Assembly (NCBI RefSeq): GCF_009914755.1
Contig: NC_060939.1
Origin: the human T2T-CHM13v2.0 reference genome, Homo sapiens
Strand: one strand, 5' to 3'
DNA: 64,000 nucleotides
The notes beneath the pieces are model-generated. The model ran no database searches. It saw only the letters and a list, made by a program, of their open reading frames with translations, and was not told where the DNA came from. Below, in pieces: positions 12,201 through 26,300 of the stretch (position 1 is its first letter; every line of letters begins with the position of its first letter). Both the position numbers and the translations under genes were made by a program.

Positions 12201-15200
12201 TTCCATTCGATTCCATTCCATTCATTTCAATTCCATTCCATTCCATTCCATTACATTCCACTTGATTCCTCTCCATTCCCTTCCACTGCATTCCGTTCGA
12301 TTCCATTCCATTGCATTGCATTCCATTCCATTGGATTGCATTCCATTCGATTCCATTCCATTCGAATCAATTACATAGCAATCCATTACATTCGAGTCTA
12401 TTCTATTCCGTTCCATTCGATTTCGTTCCAATCCATTCGATTCCATTCCATTCGATTCCATTCCATACTATTGCATTCCATTCGATTACATTATATTCGA
12501 ATAAGTTCCATTCAAGACCATTTCTTTTGAGTCCATTCTATTTGAGTCCATTCCCTTTGATTCCATAACATTTGAGTCCATTCAATTCCATTCCTTTCGT
12601 TTCCATTCCATTTGATGCCATTCCATTCAATTCTGTTCTACTCGACTCCAATACATTCAATTCCATTCCATCCGATTCCATTACATTCTTTTCATTTCTT
12701 ATCCATTTCAAGCCATTCCACTCCATTCCATTCCACTCGTTTCCTTTCCATTCGAGTCCATTCCTCTCCAGTCCATTCCGTTCAATCCATTCCATTCCAG
12801 TCCATTCCATTCGAGTCCGTTCCATTCCAGTCCATTCCATTCGAGTCAATTCCATCCCATTCGATGTCTTTCCATAACGATCCATTCCACTCTATTCCTT
12901 TCGATTCCATTCCATTCTATTTCATTCCATTCGATTCCCTTCCATTGGACTCCTTTCCATTCGAGTGCATTCCATTCCGTTCCATTTCTTTCCGTTCTGT
13001 ACGATTCCTACCGTTCGATTTCATTTTGTTCCAGTCCATTCCTTTCGCGTCCATTCCATTCCATTTCACTCCATTCGATTCCATTCCCCTCGATTCCACT
13101 TCGTTCCATTTCATTGCATTCCATTCTATTCAACTCTATTGCCTTCCATTCCATTCCATTCGATTACATTCCATGCGATTCCATTCGAAATCGAATCAAT
13201 TACATTGCAATCCATTACTATTGAGTCCATTTTATTCCAGTCCACTGCATTCTGGTCCATTCCATTTGATTCCATTCCATTCTATTCCATTCCATACAGT
13301 TGCATTCCATTGAACTCCATTGTATATCTATAAATTCAATTCGAGACCATTGCTTTTGAGTCCATTCTATATGATTCCATTCCATTCAAGTCCATTACAT
13401 TTGGTTCAATTCCATTCCATTCCATTCCCTTCCATTCCATTCCAGTTGATATCAATCCATTCGATTCCATTCCATTCGAGCACATTCCATTCGAGTCCAT
13501 TCCATTCGATGCCATTCCATTTGATTCTATTCCATTAGTCTCCATTCAATTCCATTAATCTCCATTCCATTCCATTCTACTCCAACTGATTCCATTCCAT
13601 TCTATTCCTTTCCATTCCATTTCATTCCATTCCATTCCATTTCATTCCATTCCATTCCATTCCATTCCATTCCATTCGCTTCCATTCCATTCGTGTCCAT
13701 TGCATTCCAGTCCATTCCATTTGTGTCCACTGCATTCCATTCCACTCCATTCCATATTATTCCATTACACTCCATTCCATTCTATTACTTTCATTTCCAT
13801 TGAATTCCATTCCATTTGATTCCATTCCACTCGGTTTCATTCCATTTGAGTCCACTCCACTCCATTCCATTCCATTCCATTCCATTCAGTTCCATTCCAT
13901 TCTGTTCCATTCCATTCCGTTCCATTGCATTCCATTCCATTCGGTACCATTCCATATTGTTCCATTCGATTCCATTCGAATCCATTCCATTCCAGTCCAT
14001 TCCATTCGATTCCATTCCATTCCTTTCAATTCCATTCCATTCCATTCCATTCCACTTGATTCCACTCCATTCCCTTCCACTGCATTCCATTGCATTGCAT
14101 TCCATTCCATTGGATTGCATTCCATTCGATTCCATTCCATTCGAATCAATTACATAGCAATCCATTACATTCGAGTCTATTCTATTCCGTTCCATTCGAT
14201 TTCGTTCCAATCCATTCGATTCCATTCCATTCGATTCCATTCCATACTATTGCATTCCATTCTATTACATTATACTCGAATAAGTTCCATTCAAGACCAT
14301 TTCTTTTGAGTCCATTCTATTTGAGTCCATTCCCTTTGATTCCATAACATTTGAGTCCATTCAATTCCATTCCTTTCGTTTCCATTCCATTTGATGCCAT
14401 TCCATTCAATTCTGTTCTACTCGACTCCAATACATTCAATTCCATTCCATCCGATTCCATTACATTCTTTTCATTTCTTATCCATTTCAAGCCATTCCAC
14501 TCCATTCCATTCCACTCGTTTCCTTTCCATTCGAGTCCATTCCTCTCCAGTCCATTCCGTTCAATCCATTCCATTCCAGTCCATTCCATTCGAGTCCGTT
14601 CCATTCCAGTCCATTCCATTCGAGTCAATTCCATCCCATTCGATGTCTTTCCATAACGATCCATTCCATTCTATTCCTTTCGATTCCATTCCATTCTATT
14701 TCATTCCATTCGATTCCCTTCCATTGGACTCCTTTCCATTCGAGTGCATTCCATTCCGTTCCATTTCTTTCCGTTCTGTACGATTCCTACCGTTCGATTT
14801 CATTTTCTTCCAGTCCATTCTTTCGCGTCCATTCCATTCCATTTCACTCCATTCGATTCCATTCCACTCGATTCCACTTCGTTCCATTTCATTGCATTCC
14901 ATTCTATTCAACTCTATTGCCTTCCATTCCATTCCATTCGATTACATTCCATGCGATTCCATTCGAAATCGAATCAATTACATTGCAATCCATTACTATT
15001 GAGTCCGTTTTATTCCAGTCCACTGCATTCTGGTCCATTCCATTTGATTCCATTCCATTCTATTCCATTCCATACAGTTGCATTCCATTGGATTCCATGC
15101 TATATCTATAAATTCAATTCGAGACCATTGCTTTTGAGTCCATTCTATATGATTCCATTCCATTCAAGTCCATTACATTTGGTTAAATTCCATTCCATTC

Positions 15201-17000
15201 GGTTCAATTCCATTCCATTCCATTCCCTTCCATTCCATTCCAGTTGATATCAATCCATTCGATTCCATTCCATTCGAGCACATTCCATTCGAGTCCATTC
15301 CATTCGATGCCATTCCATTTGATTCTATTCCATTAGTCTCCATTCAATTCCATTAATCTCCATTCCATTCCATTCTACTCCAACTGATTCCATTCCATTC
15401 TATTCCTTTCCATTCCATTTCATTCCATTCCATTCCATTCCATTCCATTCCATTCCATTCCATTCCATTCGTGTCCATTCCACTCCAGTCCATTCCATTC
15501 GTATCCATTCCATTCCAGTCCATTCCATTTGTGTCCACTGCATTCCATTCCACTCCATTCCATATTATTCCATTACACTCCATTCCATTCTATTACTTTC
15601 ATTTCCATTCAATTCCATTCCATTTGATTCCATTCCACTCGGTTTCATTCCATTTGAGTCCACTCCATTCCATTCCATTCCATTCAGTTCCATTCCATTC
15701 TGTTCCATTCCATTCCGTTCCGTTACATTCCATTCCATTCGGTACCATTCCATATTGTTCCATTCGATTCCATTCGAATCCATTCCATTCCAGTCCATTC
15801 CATTCGATTCCATTCCATTCATTTCAATTCCATTCCATTCCATTCCATTATATTCCACTTGATTCCTCTCCATTCCCTTCCACTGCATTCCGTTCGATTC
15901 CATTCCATTGCATTGCATTCCATTCCATTGGATTGCATTCCATTCGATTCCATTCCATTCGAATCAATTACATAGCAATCCATTACATTCGAGTCTATTC
16001 TCTTCTGTTCCATTCGATTTCGTTCCAATCCATTCGATTCCATTCCATTCGATTCCATTCCATACTATTGCATTCCATTCGATTACATTATATTCGAATA
16101 AGTTCCATTCAAGACCATTTCTTTTGAGTCCATTCTATTTGAGTCCATTCCCTTTGATTCCATAACATTTGAGTCCATTCAATTCCATTCCTTTCGCTTC
16201 CATTCCATTTGATGCCATTCCATTCAATTCTGTTCTACTCGACTCCAATACATTCAATTCCATTCCATCCGATTCCATTACATTCTTTTCATTTCTTATC
16301 CATTTCAAGCCATTCCACTCCATTCCATTCCACTCGTTTCCTTTCCATTCGAGTCCATTCCTCTCCAGTCCATTCCGTTCAATCCATTCCATTCCAGTCC
16401 ATTCCATTCGAGTCCGTTCCATTCCAGTCCATTCCATTCGAGTCAATTCCATTGCATTCGATGTCTTTCCATAACGATCCATTCCATTCTATTCCTTTCG
16501 ATTCCATTCCATTCTATTTCATTCCATTCGATTCCCTTCCATTGGACTCCTTTCCATTCGAGTGCATTCCATTCCGTTCCATTTCTTTCCGTTCTGTACG
16601 ATTCCTACCGTTCGATTTCATTTTGTTCCAGTCCATTCTTTCGCGTCCATTCCATTCCATTTCACTCCATTCGATTCGATTCCACTCGATTCCACTTCGT
16701 TCCATTTCATTGCATTCCATTCTATTCAACTCTATTGCCTTCCATTCCATTCCATTCCATTACATTCCATGCGATTCCATTCGAAATCGAATCAATTACA
16801 TTGCAATCCATTACTATTGAGTCCGTTTTATTCCAGTCCACTGCATTCTGGTCCATTCCATTTGATTCCATTCCATTCTATTCCATTCCATACAGTTGCA
16901 TTCCATTGGATTCCATGCTATATCTATAAATTCAATTCGAGACCATTGCTTTTGAGTCCATTCTATATGATTCCATTCCATTCAAGTCCATTACATTTGG
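6300..17000 (+). repeat. Local 3-monomer tandem duplication (period 5335-5375 bp); boundaries approximate
   Basis: Private variants are shared in register. U5/U8: CCCCTCGATT, TGAACTCCATTGT, TATACTCGAA, EcoRI at 8462/13802. U6/U9: CCGTTCCGTTAC, CATTATATTCCAC. U7/U10 front: TTTCGCTTCC, CATTGCATTCGATG, CGATTCGATTCCAC. U4/U7 back halves match at offset 5335. Confidence 0.85.
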
Positions 17001-20000
17001 TTAAATTCCATTCCATTCGGTTCAATTCCATTCCATTCCATTCCCTTCCATTCCATTCCAGTTGATATCAATCCATTCGATTCCATTCCATTCGAGCACA
17101 TTCCATTCGAGTCCATTCCATTCGATGCCATTCCATTTGATTCTATTCCATTAGTCTCCATTCAATTCCATTAATCTCCATTCCATTCCATTCTACTCCA
17201 ACTGATTCCATTCCATTCTATTCCTTTCCATTCCATTTCATTCCATTCCATTCCATTCCATTCCATTCCATTCCATTCGTGTCCATTCCACTCCAGTCCA
17301 TTCCATTCGTATCCATTCCATTCCAGTCCATTCCATTTGTGTCCACTGCATTCCATTCCACTCCATTCCATATTATTCCATTACACTCCATTCCATTCTA
17401 TTACTTTCATTTCCATTCAAATCCATTCCATTTGATTCCATTCCACTCGGTTTCATTCCATTTGAGTCCACTCCATTCCATTCCATTCCATTCAGTTCCA
17501 TTCCATTCTGTTCCATTCCATTCCGTTCCATTACATTGCATTCCATTCGGTACCATTCCATATTGTTCCATTCGATTCCATTCGAATCCATTCCATTCCA
17601 GTCCATTCCATTCGATTCCATTCCATTCATTTCAATTCCATTCCATTCCATTCCATTACATTCCACTTGATTCCTCTCCATTCCCTTCCACTGCATTCCG
17701 TTCGATTCCATTCCATTGCATTGCATTCCATTCCATTGGATTGCATTCCATTCGATTCCATTCCATTCGAATCAATTACATAGCAATCCATTACATTCGA
17801 GTCTATTCTCTTCTGTTCCATTCGATTTCGTTCCAATCCATTCGATTCCATTCCATTCGATTCCATTCCATACTATTGCATTCCATTCGATTACATTATA
17901 TTCGAATAAGTTCCATTCAAGACCATTTCTTTTGAGTCCATTCTATTTGAGTCCATTCCCTTTGATTCCATAACATTTGAGTCCATTCAATTCCATTCCT
18001 TTCGTTTCCATTCCATTTGATGCCATTCCATTCAATTCTGTTCTACTCGACTCCAATACATTCAATTCCATTCCATCCGATTCCATTACATTCTTTTCAT
18101 TTCTTATCCATTTCAAGCCATTCCACTCCATTCCATTCCACTCGTTTCCTTTCCATTCGAGTCCATTCCTCTCCAGTCCATTCCATTCAATCCATTCCAT
18201 TCCAGTCCATTCCATTCGAGTCCGTTCCATTCCAGTCCATTCCATTCGAGTCAATTCCATTCCATTCGATGTCTTTCCATAACGATCCATTCCATTCTAT
18301 TCCTTTCGATTCCATTCCATTCTATTTCATTCCATTCGATTCCCTTCCATTGGACTCCTTTCCATTCGAGTGCATTCCATTCCGTTCCATTTCTTTCCGT
18401 TCTGTACGATTCCTACCGTTCGATTTCATTTTGTTCCAGTCCATTCTTTCGCGTCCATTCATTCCATTTCACTCCATTCGATTCCATTCCACTCGATTCC
18501 ACTTCGTTCCATTTCATTGCATTCCATTCTATTCAACTCTATTGCCTTCCATTCCATTCCATTCGATTACATTCCATGCGATTCCATTCGAAATCGAATC
18601 AATTACATTGCAATCCATTACTATTGAGTCCGTTTTATTCCAGTCCACTGCATTCTGGTCCATTCCATTTGATTCCATTCCATTCTATTCCATTCCATAC
18701 AGTTGCATTCCATTGGATTCCATGCTATATCTATAAATTCAATTCGAGACCATTGCTTTTGAGTCCATTCTATATGATTCCATTCCATTCAAGTCCATTA
18801 CATTTGGTTAAATTCCATTCCATTCGGTTCAATTCCATTCCATTCCATTCCCTTCCATTCCATTCCAGTTGATATCAATCCATTCGATTCCATTCCATTC
18901 GAGCACATTCCATTCGAGTCCATTCCATTCGATGCCATTCCATTTGATTCTATTCCATTAGTCTCCATTCAATTCCATTAATCTCCATTCCATTCCATTC
19001 TACTCCAACTGATTCCATTCCATTCTATTCCTTTTTATTCCATTTCATTCCATTCCATTCCATTCCATTCCATTCCATTCCATTCGTGTCCATTCCACTC
19101 CAGTCCATTCCATTCGTATCCATTCCATTCCAGTCCATTCCATTTGTGTCCACTGCATTCCATTCCACTCCATTCCATATTATTCCATTACACTCCATTC
19201 CATTCTATTACTTTCATTTCCATTCAATTCCATTCCATTTGATTCCATTCCACTCGGTTTCATTCCATTTGAGTCCACTCCATTCCATTCCATTCCATTC
19301 AGTTCCATTCCATTCTGTTCCATTCCATTCCGTTCCATTACATTCCATTCCATTCGGTACCATTCCATATTGTTCCATTCGATTCCATTCGAATCCATTC
19401 CATTCCAGTCCATTCCATTCGATTCCATTCCATTCATTTCAATTCCATTCCATTCCATTCCATTACATTCCACTTGATTCCTCTCCATTCCCTTCCACTG
19501 CATTCCGTTCGATTCCATTCCATTGCATTGCATTCCATTCCATTGGATTGCATTCCATTCGATTCCATTCCATTCGAATCAATTACATAGCAATCCATTA
19601 CATTCGAGTCTATTCTATTCCGTTCCATTCGATTTCGTTCCAATCCATTCGATTCCATTCCATTCGATTCCATTCCATACTATTGCATTCCATTCGATTA
19701 CATTATATTCGAATAAGTTCCATTCAAGACCATTTCTTTTGAGTCCATTCTATTTGAGTCCATTCCCTTTGATTCCATAACATTTGAGTCCATTCAATTC
19801 CATTCCTTTCGTTTCCATTCCATTTGATGCCTTTCCATTCAATTCTGTTCTACTCGACTCCAATACATTCAATTCCATTCCATCCGATTCCATTACATTC
19901 TTTTCATTTCTTATCCATTTCAAGCCATTCCACTCCATTCCATTCCACTCGTTTCCTTTCCATTCGAGTCCATTCCTCTCCAGTCCATTCCGTTCAATCC

Positions 20001-23000
20001 ATTCCATTCCAGTCCATTCCATTCGAGTCCGTTCCATTCCAGTCCATTCCATTCGAGTCAATTCCATTGCATTCGATGTCTTTCCATAACGATCCATTCC
20101 ATTCTATTCCTTTCGATTCCATTCCATTCTATTTCATTCCATTCGATTCCCTTCCATTGGACTCCTTTCCATTCGAGTGCATTCCATTCCGTTCCATTTC
20201 TTTCCGTTCTGTACGATTCCTACCGTTCGATTTCATTTTGTTCCAGTCCATTCTTTCGCGTCCATTCCATTCCATTTCACTCCATTCGATTCGATTCCAC
20301 TCGATTCCACTTCGTTCCATTTCATTGCATTCCATTCTATTCAACTCTATTGCCTTCCATTCCATTCCATTCCATTACATTCCATGCGATTCCATTCGAA
20401 ATCGAATCAATTACATTGCAATCCATTACTATTGAGTCCGTTTTATTCCAGTCCACTGCATTCTGGTCCATTCCATTTGATTCCATTCCATTCTATTCCA
20501 TTCCATACAGTTGCATTCCATTGGATTCCATGCTATATCTATAAATTCAATTCGAGACCATTGCTTTTGAGTCCATTCTATATGATTCCATTCCATTCAA
20601 GTCCATTACATTTGGTTAAATTCCATTCCATTCGGTTCAATTCCATTCCATTCCATTCCCTTCCATTCCATTCCAGTTGATATCAATCCATTCGATTCCA
20701 TTCCATTCGAGCACATTCCATTCGAGTCCATTCCATTCGATGCCATTCCATTTGATTCTATTCCATTAGTCTCCATTCAATTCCATTAATCTCCATTCCA
20801 TTCCATTCTACTCCAACTGATTCCATTCCATTCTATTCCTTTCCATTCCATTTCATTCCATTCCATTCCATTCCATTCCATTCCATTCCATTCGTGTCCA
20901 TTCCACTCCAGTCCATTCCATTCGTATCCATTCCATTCCAGTCCATTCCATTTGTGTCCACTGCATTCCATTCCACTCCATTCCATATTATTCCATTACA
21001 CTCCATTCCATTCTATTACTTTCATTTCCATTCAAATCCATTCCATTTGATTCCATTCCACTCGGTTTCATTCCATTTGAGTCCACTCCATTCCATTCCA
21101 TTCCATTCAGTTCCATTCCATTCTGTTCCATTCCATTCCGTTCCATTACATTGCATTCCATTCGGTACCATTCCATATTGTTCCATTCGATTCCATTCGA
21201 ATCCATTCCATTCCAGTCCATTCCATTCGATTCCATTCCATTCATTTCAATTCCATTCCATTCCATTCCATTACATTCCACTTGATTCCTCTCCATTCCC
21301 TTCCACTGCATTCCGTTCGATTCCATTCCATTGCATTGCATTCCATTCCATTGGATTGCATTCCATTCGATTCCATTCCATTCGAATCAATTACATAGCA
21401 ATCCATTACATTCGAGTCTATTCTCTTCCGTTCCATTCGATTTCGTTCCAATCCATTCGATTCCATTCCATTCGATTCCATTCCATACTATTGCATTCCA
21501 TTCGATTACATTATATTCGAATAAGTTCCATTCAAGACCATTTCTTTTGAGTCCATTCTATTTGAGTCCATTCCCTTTGATTCCATAACATTTGAGTCCA
21601 TTCAATTCCATTCCTTTCGTTTCCATTCCATTTGATGCCATTCCATTCAATTCTGTTCTACTCGACTCCAATACATTCAATTCCATTCCATCCGATTCCA
21701 TTACATTCTTTTCATTTCTTATCCATTTCAAGCCATTCCACTCCATTCCATTCCACTCGTTTCCTTTCCATTCGAGTCCATTCCTCTCCAGTCCATTCCA
21801 TTCAATCCATTCCATTCCAGTCCATTCCATTCGAGTCCGTTCCATTCCAGTCCATTCCATTCGAGTCAATTCCATTCCATTCGATGTCTTTCCATAACGA
21901 TCCATTCCATTCTATTCCTTTCGATTCCATTCCATTCTATTTCATTCCATTCGATTCCCTTCCATTGGACTCCTTTCCATTCGAGTGCATTCCATTCCGT
22001 TCCATTTCTTTCCGTTCTGTACGATTCCTACCGTTCGATTTCATTTTGTTCCAGTCCATTCTTTCGCGTCCATTCATTCCATTTCACTCCATTCGATTCC
22101 ATTCCACTCGATTCCACTTCGTTCCATTTCATTGCATTCCATTCTATTCAACTCTATTGCCTTCCATTCCATTCCATTCGATTACATTCCATGCGATTCC
22201 ATTCGAAATCGAATCAATTACATTGCAATCCATTACTATTGAGTCCGTTTTATTCCAGTCCACTGCATTCTGGTCCATTCCATTTGATTCCATTCCATTC
22301 TATTCCATTCCATACAGTTGCATTCCATGGGATTCCATGCTATATCTATAAATTCAATTCGAGACCATTGCTTTTGAGTCCATTCTATATGATTCCATTC
22401 CATTCAAGTCCATTACATTTGGTTAAATTCCATTCCATTCGGTTCAATTCCATTCCATTCCCTTCCATTCCATTCCAGTTGATATCAATCCATTCGATTC
22501 CATTCCATTCGAGCACATTCCATTCGAGTCCATTCCATTCGATGCCATTCCATTTGATTCTATTCCATTAGTCTCCATTCAATTCCATTAATCTCCATTC
22601 CATTCCATTCTACTCCAACTGATTCCATTCCATTCTATTCCTTTTTATTCCATTTCATTCCATTCCATTCCATTCCATTCCATTCCATTCCATTCATGTC
22701 CATTCCACTCCAGTCCATTCCATTCGTATCCATTCCATTCCAGTCCATTCCATTTGTGTCCACTGCATTCCATTCCACTCCATTCCATATTATTCCATTA
22801 CACTCCATTCCATTCTATTACTTTCATTTCCATTCAATTCCATTCCATTTGATTCCATTCCACTCGGTTTCATTCCATTTGATTCCACTCCATTCCATTC
22901 CATTCCATTCAGTTCCATTCCATTCTGTTCCATTCCATTCCGTTCCATTACATTCCATTCCATTCGGTACCATTCCATATTGTTCCATTCGATTCCATTC

Positions 23001-23359
23001 GAATCCATTCCATTCCAGTCCATTCCATTCGATTCCATTCCATTCATTTCAATTCCATTCCATTCCATTCCATTACATTCCACTTGATTCCTCTCCATTC
23101 CCTTCCACTGCATTCCGTTCGATTCCATTCCATTGCATTGCATTCCATTCCATTGGATTGCATTCCATTCGATTCCATTCCATTCGAATCAATTACATAG
23201 CAATCCATTACATTCGAGTCTATTCTATTCCGTTCCATTCGATTTCGTTCCAATCCATTCGATTCCATTCCATTCGATTCCATTCCATACTATTGCATTC
23301 CATTCGATTACATTATATTCGAATAAGTTCCATTCAAGACCATTTCTTTTGAGTCCATT
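16135..23359 (+). repeat. Local 2-monomer tandem duplication (period 3615 bp); boundaries approximate
   Basis: U10/U12 share TTCAAATCC (~17420/~21035) and TTACATTGCATTCCATTCGGTACC. U11/U13 share CCAGTCCATTCCATTCAATCC and the extra 1-bp deletion GCGTCCATTCATTCC. Offsets 16135->19750 and 17943->21558 are both 3615. Confidence 0.85.
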
Positions 23360-26300
23360 CTATTTGAGTCCATTCCCTTTGATTCCATAACATTTGAGTC
23401 CATTCAATTCCATTCCTTTCGTTTCCATTCCATTTGATGCCATTCCATTCAATTCTGTTCTACTCGACTCCAATACATTCAATTCCATTCCATCCGATTC
23501 CATTACATTCTTTTCATTTCTTATCCATTTCAAGCCATTCCACTCCATTCCATTCCACTCGTTTCCTTTCCATTCGAGTCCATTCCTCTCCAGTCCATTC
23601 CGTTCAATCCATTCCATTCCAGTCCATTCCATTCGAGTCCGTTCCATTCCAGTCCATTCCATTCGAGTCAATTCCATTCCATTCGATGTCTTTCCATAAC
23701 GATCCATTCCATTCTATTCCTTTCGATTCCATTCCATTCTATTTCATTCCATTCGATTCCCTTCCATTGGACTCCTTTCCATTCGAGTGCATTCCATTCC
23801 GTTCCATTTCTTTCCGTTCTGTACGATTCCTACCGTTCGATTTCATTTTCTTCCAGTCCATTCTTTCGCGTCCATTCCATTCCATTTCACTCCATTCGAT
23901 TCCATTCCACTCGATTCCACTTCGTTCCATTTCATTGCATTCCATTCTATTCAACTCTATTGCCTTCCATTCCATTCCATTCGATTACATTCCATGCGAT
24001 TCCATTCGAAATCGAATCAATTACATTGCAATCCATTACTATTGAGTCCGTTTTATTCCAGTCCACTGCATTCTGGTCCATTCCATTTGATTCCATTCCA
24101 TTCTATTCCATTCCATACAGTTGCATTCCATTGGATTCCATGCTATATCTATAAATTCAATTCGAGACCATTGCTTTTGAGTCCATTCTATATGATTCCA
24201 TTCCATTCAAGTCCATTACATTTGGTTAAATTCCATTCCATTCGGTTCAATTCCATTCCATTCCATTCCCTTCCATTCCATTCCAGTTGATATCAATCCA
24301 TTCGATTCCATTCCATTCGAGCACATTCCATTCGAGTCCATTCCATTCGATGCCATTCCATTTGATTCTATTCCATTAGTCTCCATTCAATTCCATTAAT
24401 CTCCATTCCATTCCATTCTACTCCAACTGATTCCATTCCATTCTATTCCTTTTTATTCCATTTCATTCCATTCCATTCCATTCCATTCCATTCCATTCCA
24501 TTCGTGTCCATTCCACTCCAGTCCATTCCATTCGTATCCATTCCATTCCAGTCCATTCCATTTGTGTCCACTGCATTCCATTCCACTCCATTCCATATTA
24601 TTCCATTACACTCCATTCCATTCTATTACTTTCATTTCCATTCAATTCCATTCCATTTGATTCCATTCCACTCGGTTTCATTCCATTTGAGTCCACTCCA
24701 TTCCATTCCATTCCATTCAGTTCCATTCCATTCTGTTCCATTCCATTCCGTTCCATTACATTCCATTCCATTCGGTACCATTCCATATTGTTCCATTCGA
24801 TTCCATTCGAATCCATTCCATTCCAGTCCATTCCATTCGATTCCATTCCATTCATTTCAATTCCATTCCATTCCATTCCATTCCATTCCACTTGATTCCT
24901 CTCCATTCCCTTCCACTGCATTCCGTTCGATTCCATTCCATTGCATTGCATTCCATTCCATTGGATTGCATTCCATTCGATTCCATTCCATTCGAATCAA
25001 TTACATAGCAATCCATTACATTCGAGTCTATTCTATTCCGTTCCATTCGATTTCGTTCCAATCCATTCGATTCCATTCCATTCGATTCCATTCCATACTA
25101 TTGCATTCCATTCGATTACATTATATTCGAATAAGTTCCATTCAAGACCATTTCTTTTGAGTCCATTCTATTTGAGTCCATTCCCTTTGATTCCATAACA
25201 TTTGAGTCCATTCAATTCCATTCCTTTCGTTTCCATTCCATTTGATGCCATTCCATTCAATTCTGTTCTACTCGACTCCAATACATTCAATTCCATTCCA
25301 TCCGATTCCATTACATTCTTTTCATTTCTTATCCATTTCAAGCCATTCCACTCCATTCCATTCCACTCGTTTCCTTTCCATTCGAGTCCATTCCTCTCCA
25401 GTCCATTCCGTTCAATCCATTCCATTCCAGTCCATTCCATTCGAGTCCGTTCCATTCCAGTCCATTCCATTCGAGTCAATTCCATTCCATTCGATGTCTT
25501 TCCATAACGATCCATTCCATTCTATTCCTTTCGATTCCATTCCATTCTATTTCATTCCATTCGATTCCCTTCCATTGGACTCCTTTCCATTCGAGTGCAT
25601 TCCATTCCGTTCCATTTCTTTCCGTTCTGTACGATTCCTACCGTTCGATTTCATTTTCTTCCAGTCCATTCTTTCGCGTCCATTCCATTCCATTTCACTC
25701 CATTCGATTCCATTCCACTCGATTCCACTTCGTTCCATTTCATTGCATTCCATTCTATTCAACTCTATTGCCTTCCATTCCATTCCATTCGATTACATTC
25801 CATGCGATTCCATTCGAAATCGAATCAATTACATTGCAATCCATTACTATTGAGTCCGTTTTATTCCAGTCCACTGCATTCTGGTCCATTCCATTTGATT
25901 CCATTCCATTCTATTCCATTCCATACAGTTGCATTCCATTGGATTCCATGCTATATCTATAAATTCAATTCGAGACCATTGCTTTTGAGTCCATTCTATA
26001 TGATTCCATTCCATTCAAGTCCATTACATTTGGTTAAATTCCATTCCATTCGGTTCAATTCCATTCCATTCCATTCCCTTCCATTCCATTCCAGTTGATA
26101 TCAATCCATTCGATTCCATTCCATTCGAGCACATTCCATTCGAGTCCATTCCATTCGATGCCATTCCATTTGATTCTATTCCATTAGTCTCCATTCAATT
26201 CCATTAATCTCCATTCCATTCCATTCTACTCCAACTGATTCCATTCCATTCTATTCCTTTTTATTCCATTCCATTCCATTCCATTCCATTCCATTCCATT

